Assembly (NCBI GenBank): GCA_964291625.2
Contig: OZ220089.1
Location: 320,001 to 384,000, forward strand
DNA from: Candidatus Latescibacterota bacterium
Lineage (GTDB): Bacteria; Latescibacterota; UBA2968; UBA8231
Length of the DNA stretch: 64,000 bases
Direction of reading: 5' to 3'
Part shown: in pieces, positions 62,254 to 64,000 of the stretch
How positions within the stretch are numbered: the stretch's first letter is position 1
How the letters are laid out: each line of letters starts with the position of its first letter
The notes under the pieces: generated by a model
What the model was told of the DNA's origin: nothing
Databases searched by the model: none
The model's input: the letters and a program-made list of their open reading frames with translations, nothing else
Program-made: the position numbers and the translations under genes

Positions 62254-64000
62254 TCAGAGTTCCCTGTACATCAGCCAGGGCACGTGGATCGACCAGGACG
62301 GGCCGAGCTGATGGAACCAGGTGGTGCGCCGGACCGACTGCTCGCGATAGGCCCGCCAGTCCCACTTGTTCCCCCCTTCCAACTCCTCCCTGGCCAGCAT
62401 GTAGTCCCTGCAGATGGGAGCGTAGTCGAGTCCCTGCCGTAGAAGACCGATCCTCGCCCGAATGGTCGCCTCACCCGCGGCGGCGAGATCCGCAGCGTCG
62501 AGCATCGCCGAGAGGCCGGCCACCGCTTCGTCGCTGTAGTGGCGCGCCATCGTCTCAGCACCGGGCCGCCGCCGTTCCCCGGCCACGGCCGCGGTGATGC
62601 GCTCGATCTCCTCGAAGTACCCGCGCACCTGCCCCGCGGCCGGTCCGAAACCGGCGGCGCAGTACTCCTCCACGAGAGCGTCCACGTCCTGCCCGGGGTC
62701 CCAGAGCAGGCGCGCGAGGACGTAGTAGTTCAGCCCGTTCGTCCCCCAGTGGCCCGTCACGCAGTCGTACTGGGCGAAGACGATGTCATTCTCGGCGTAG
62801 AACCTCAGGTCCTCTCCCAGGCGGCGGACGTACACACTCGGGAAGGCATTCAGGGCATAGGTGGAGTTGGAGTAAAGGAACAACTGGTCGGCCTTCGCGG
62901 CCCACTTTCTCCACTCGACGCGCATCTTCTCCCGCAGGTGATCGTTGACGTACATCCTCATGCCTGTCACGAAGCCGATCACCACGTTCGGATGGAGCTC
63001 GGCGTGGATCGGCGGCGTCGTGTAGTGGTGATACGCGTAGGCCCCGATGTTGCGGTCCGGCAGCTCTCGCGCCACGATGCGGGCGATGTCGCTGTAGAAG
63101 CGGACGAAGCGGTCGCTCAGGGTGACGTGGGGAATGGGGCCGTCGGGGCCGCGCATCTGGATCATCTCGCCTCCAGGGGCGTCCCAGGCCTCGCAGCGCT
63201 CGCACAGACAGAAGGTCTGGAGGCCGCCGTCGTTGGGGGAGACCGAGGCAGCATCGAGGAACGGATTCCGCTTCAACTGCTCGATCTTGTCCCTCGCGAC
63301 CCGCTCGATCAGGCCGGGGTTGGACACGCAGAGCCGGTGGCTGGGGTAGCCCTCGTTGGCCGGGCCCTCGTTGTCGCGAGTCCCGTCGGGCTGGAGGGCG
63401 AACCAGTCGGGGTGTTCCTCGTGGTGGAGGTCCCAGTAGTGGCCGAAGGCGTGGCCGAAGCTGCCGTCATAGCTGCCTCCCCCGCCGTGGAAGGCCTGCC
63501 ACTCGTCCGTCTTCCTCTGCATCTCGAGGAAGGGCTCGTGGTCCCACCCCAGGGCGTCGATCTTCGAGTGGCATACGCCGTTGTAGGCCTGGTTGAACAT
63601 GTCCCGCCGGCGGAAGCGGGGCGTCTGCCGTATCCGCACCTCCGGCACCGATATCTCCCGGCTCCGCGGCACGACCTCCCCCAGCGTACCAGGCCAGAGC
63701 CAGCGGATCCCGAGCACCTCCCGCGCGAAGAGACCGGCCGCGAAGAGCGTCCCCCGGAGCGGAAGCCCGTCCGGGCGGAGGTCGTCGCCCACGACCGCCA
63801 CCGCGCCGGGGAAGGTCCGGATACGCACCTCCTCGAGACCCAGGCCCTCCGGATCGATGTCCAGGGCGCGGGTGCGCTCCGTGTCCCCCACGAGGATGAG
63901 GACGGACTCCGGGTCCGGGGCGACATCGCTCTCATGCAGGACGGGCAGGCGGGCGCCGCTCATCTTCTCGATCCACGTCCGCAGGGCTCCCGCGGCCTCC
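62254..64000 (-). CDS. Second DUF4838-domain protein, 5' end outside the window
   Basis: GTLFAAG...LGIRWLWPG, HPDWFAL, LCVSNP, SVSPNDG...CLCERC, LSDRFVRF, YAY, NYYVLARLLWDP, GFGPAA. Confidence 0.82.
   Translation of the reverse strand, partial: EAAGALRTWIEKMSGARLPVLHESDVAPDPESVLILVGDTERTRALDIDPEGLGLEEVRIRTFPGAVAVVGDDLRPDGLPLRGTLFAAGLFAREVLGIRWLWPGTLGEVVPRSREISVPEVRIRQTPRFRRRDMFNQAYNGVCHSKIDALGWDHEPFLEMQRKTDEWQAFHGGGGSYDGSFGHAFGHYWDLHHEEHPDWFALQPDGTRDNEGPANEGYPSHRLCVSNPGLIERVARDKIEQLKRNPFLDAASVSPNDGGLQTFCLCERCEAWDAPGGEMIQMRGPDGPIPHVTLSDRFVRFYSDIARIVARELPDRNIGAYAYHHYTTPPIHAELHPNVVIGFVTGMRMYVNDHLREKMRVEWRKWAAKADQLFLYSNSTYALNAFPSVYVRRLGEDLRFYAENDIVFAQYDCVTGHWGTNGLNYYVLARLLWDPGQDVDALVEEYCAAGFGPAAGQVRGYFEEIERITAAVAGERRRPGAETMARHYSDEAVAGLSAMLDAADLAAAGEATIRARIGLLRQGLDYAPICRDYMLAREELEGGNKWDWRAYREQSVRRTTWFHQLGPSWSIHVPWLMYREL

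Overview
A very GC-rich, gene-dense bacterial window with about 40 CDS. I saw no rRNA, tRNA, CRISPR array, transposase or integrase. FlgD-Ig/T9SS-like C-terminal domains, a C-terminal TWGxxK motif, and DUF4838, DUF6785 and DUF4159 proteins suggest an FCB-group candidate lineage such as Latescibacterota; this is an inference. The left half (1-31.8 kb) holds envelope and sugar genes: GT-C glycosyltransferases, a TolB-like lipoprotein, a LarA-like enzyme fused to a lipoprotein domain, galU, a PfkB kinase, a DapA/NanA-like lyase, MscS/MgtE, YihY-TamA-TamB, an exbB-exbD-exbD set behind a sugar ABC module, and an Asp-box sialidase-like protein. The best candidate for an undescribed system is a ~21 kb co-directional minus-strand run (52758 down to ~31790). 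It encodes two secreted proteins with T9SS-like C-terminal domains, three paralogous ~900-aa probable outer-membrane proteins with Asp-rich Ca-binding-like repeats, and a 1083-aa TPR scaffold. It also encodes a DUF4159 protein with a TonB/TolA-type SxxxH membrane anchor, a lipoprotein with a TonB-C/AgmX-like domain, and a non-catalytic FGE-fold protein. A fourth paralog (53632-56436) is a near-identical inverted copy of one of the three. The two copies differ mainly in short hypervariable patches and bracket a potentially invertible ~10.5 kb segment that carries the promoter. All family assignments are by-eye motif recognition, not database results.
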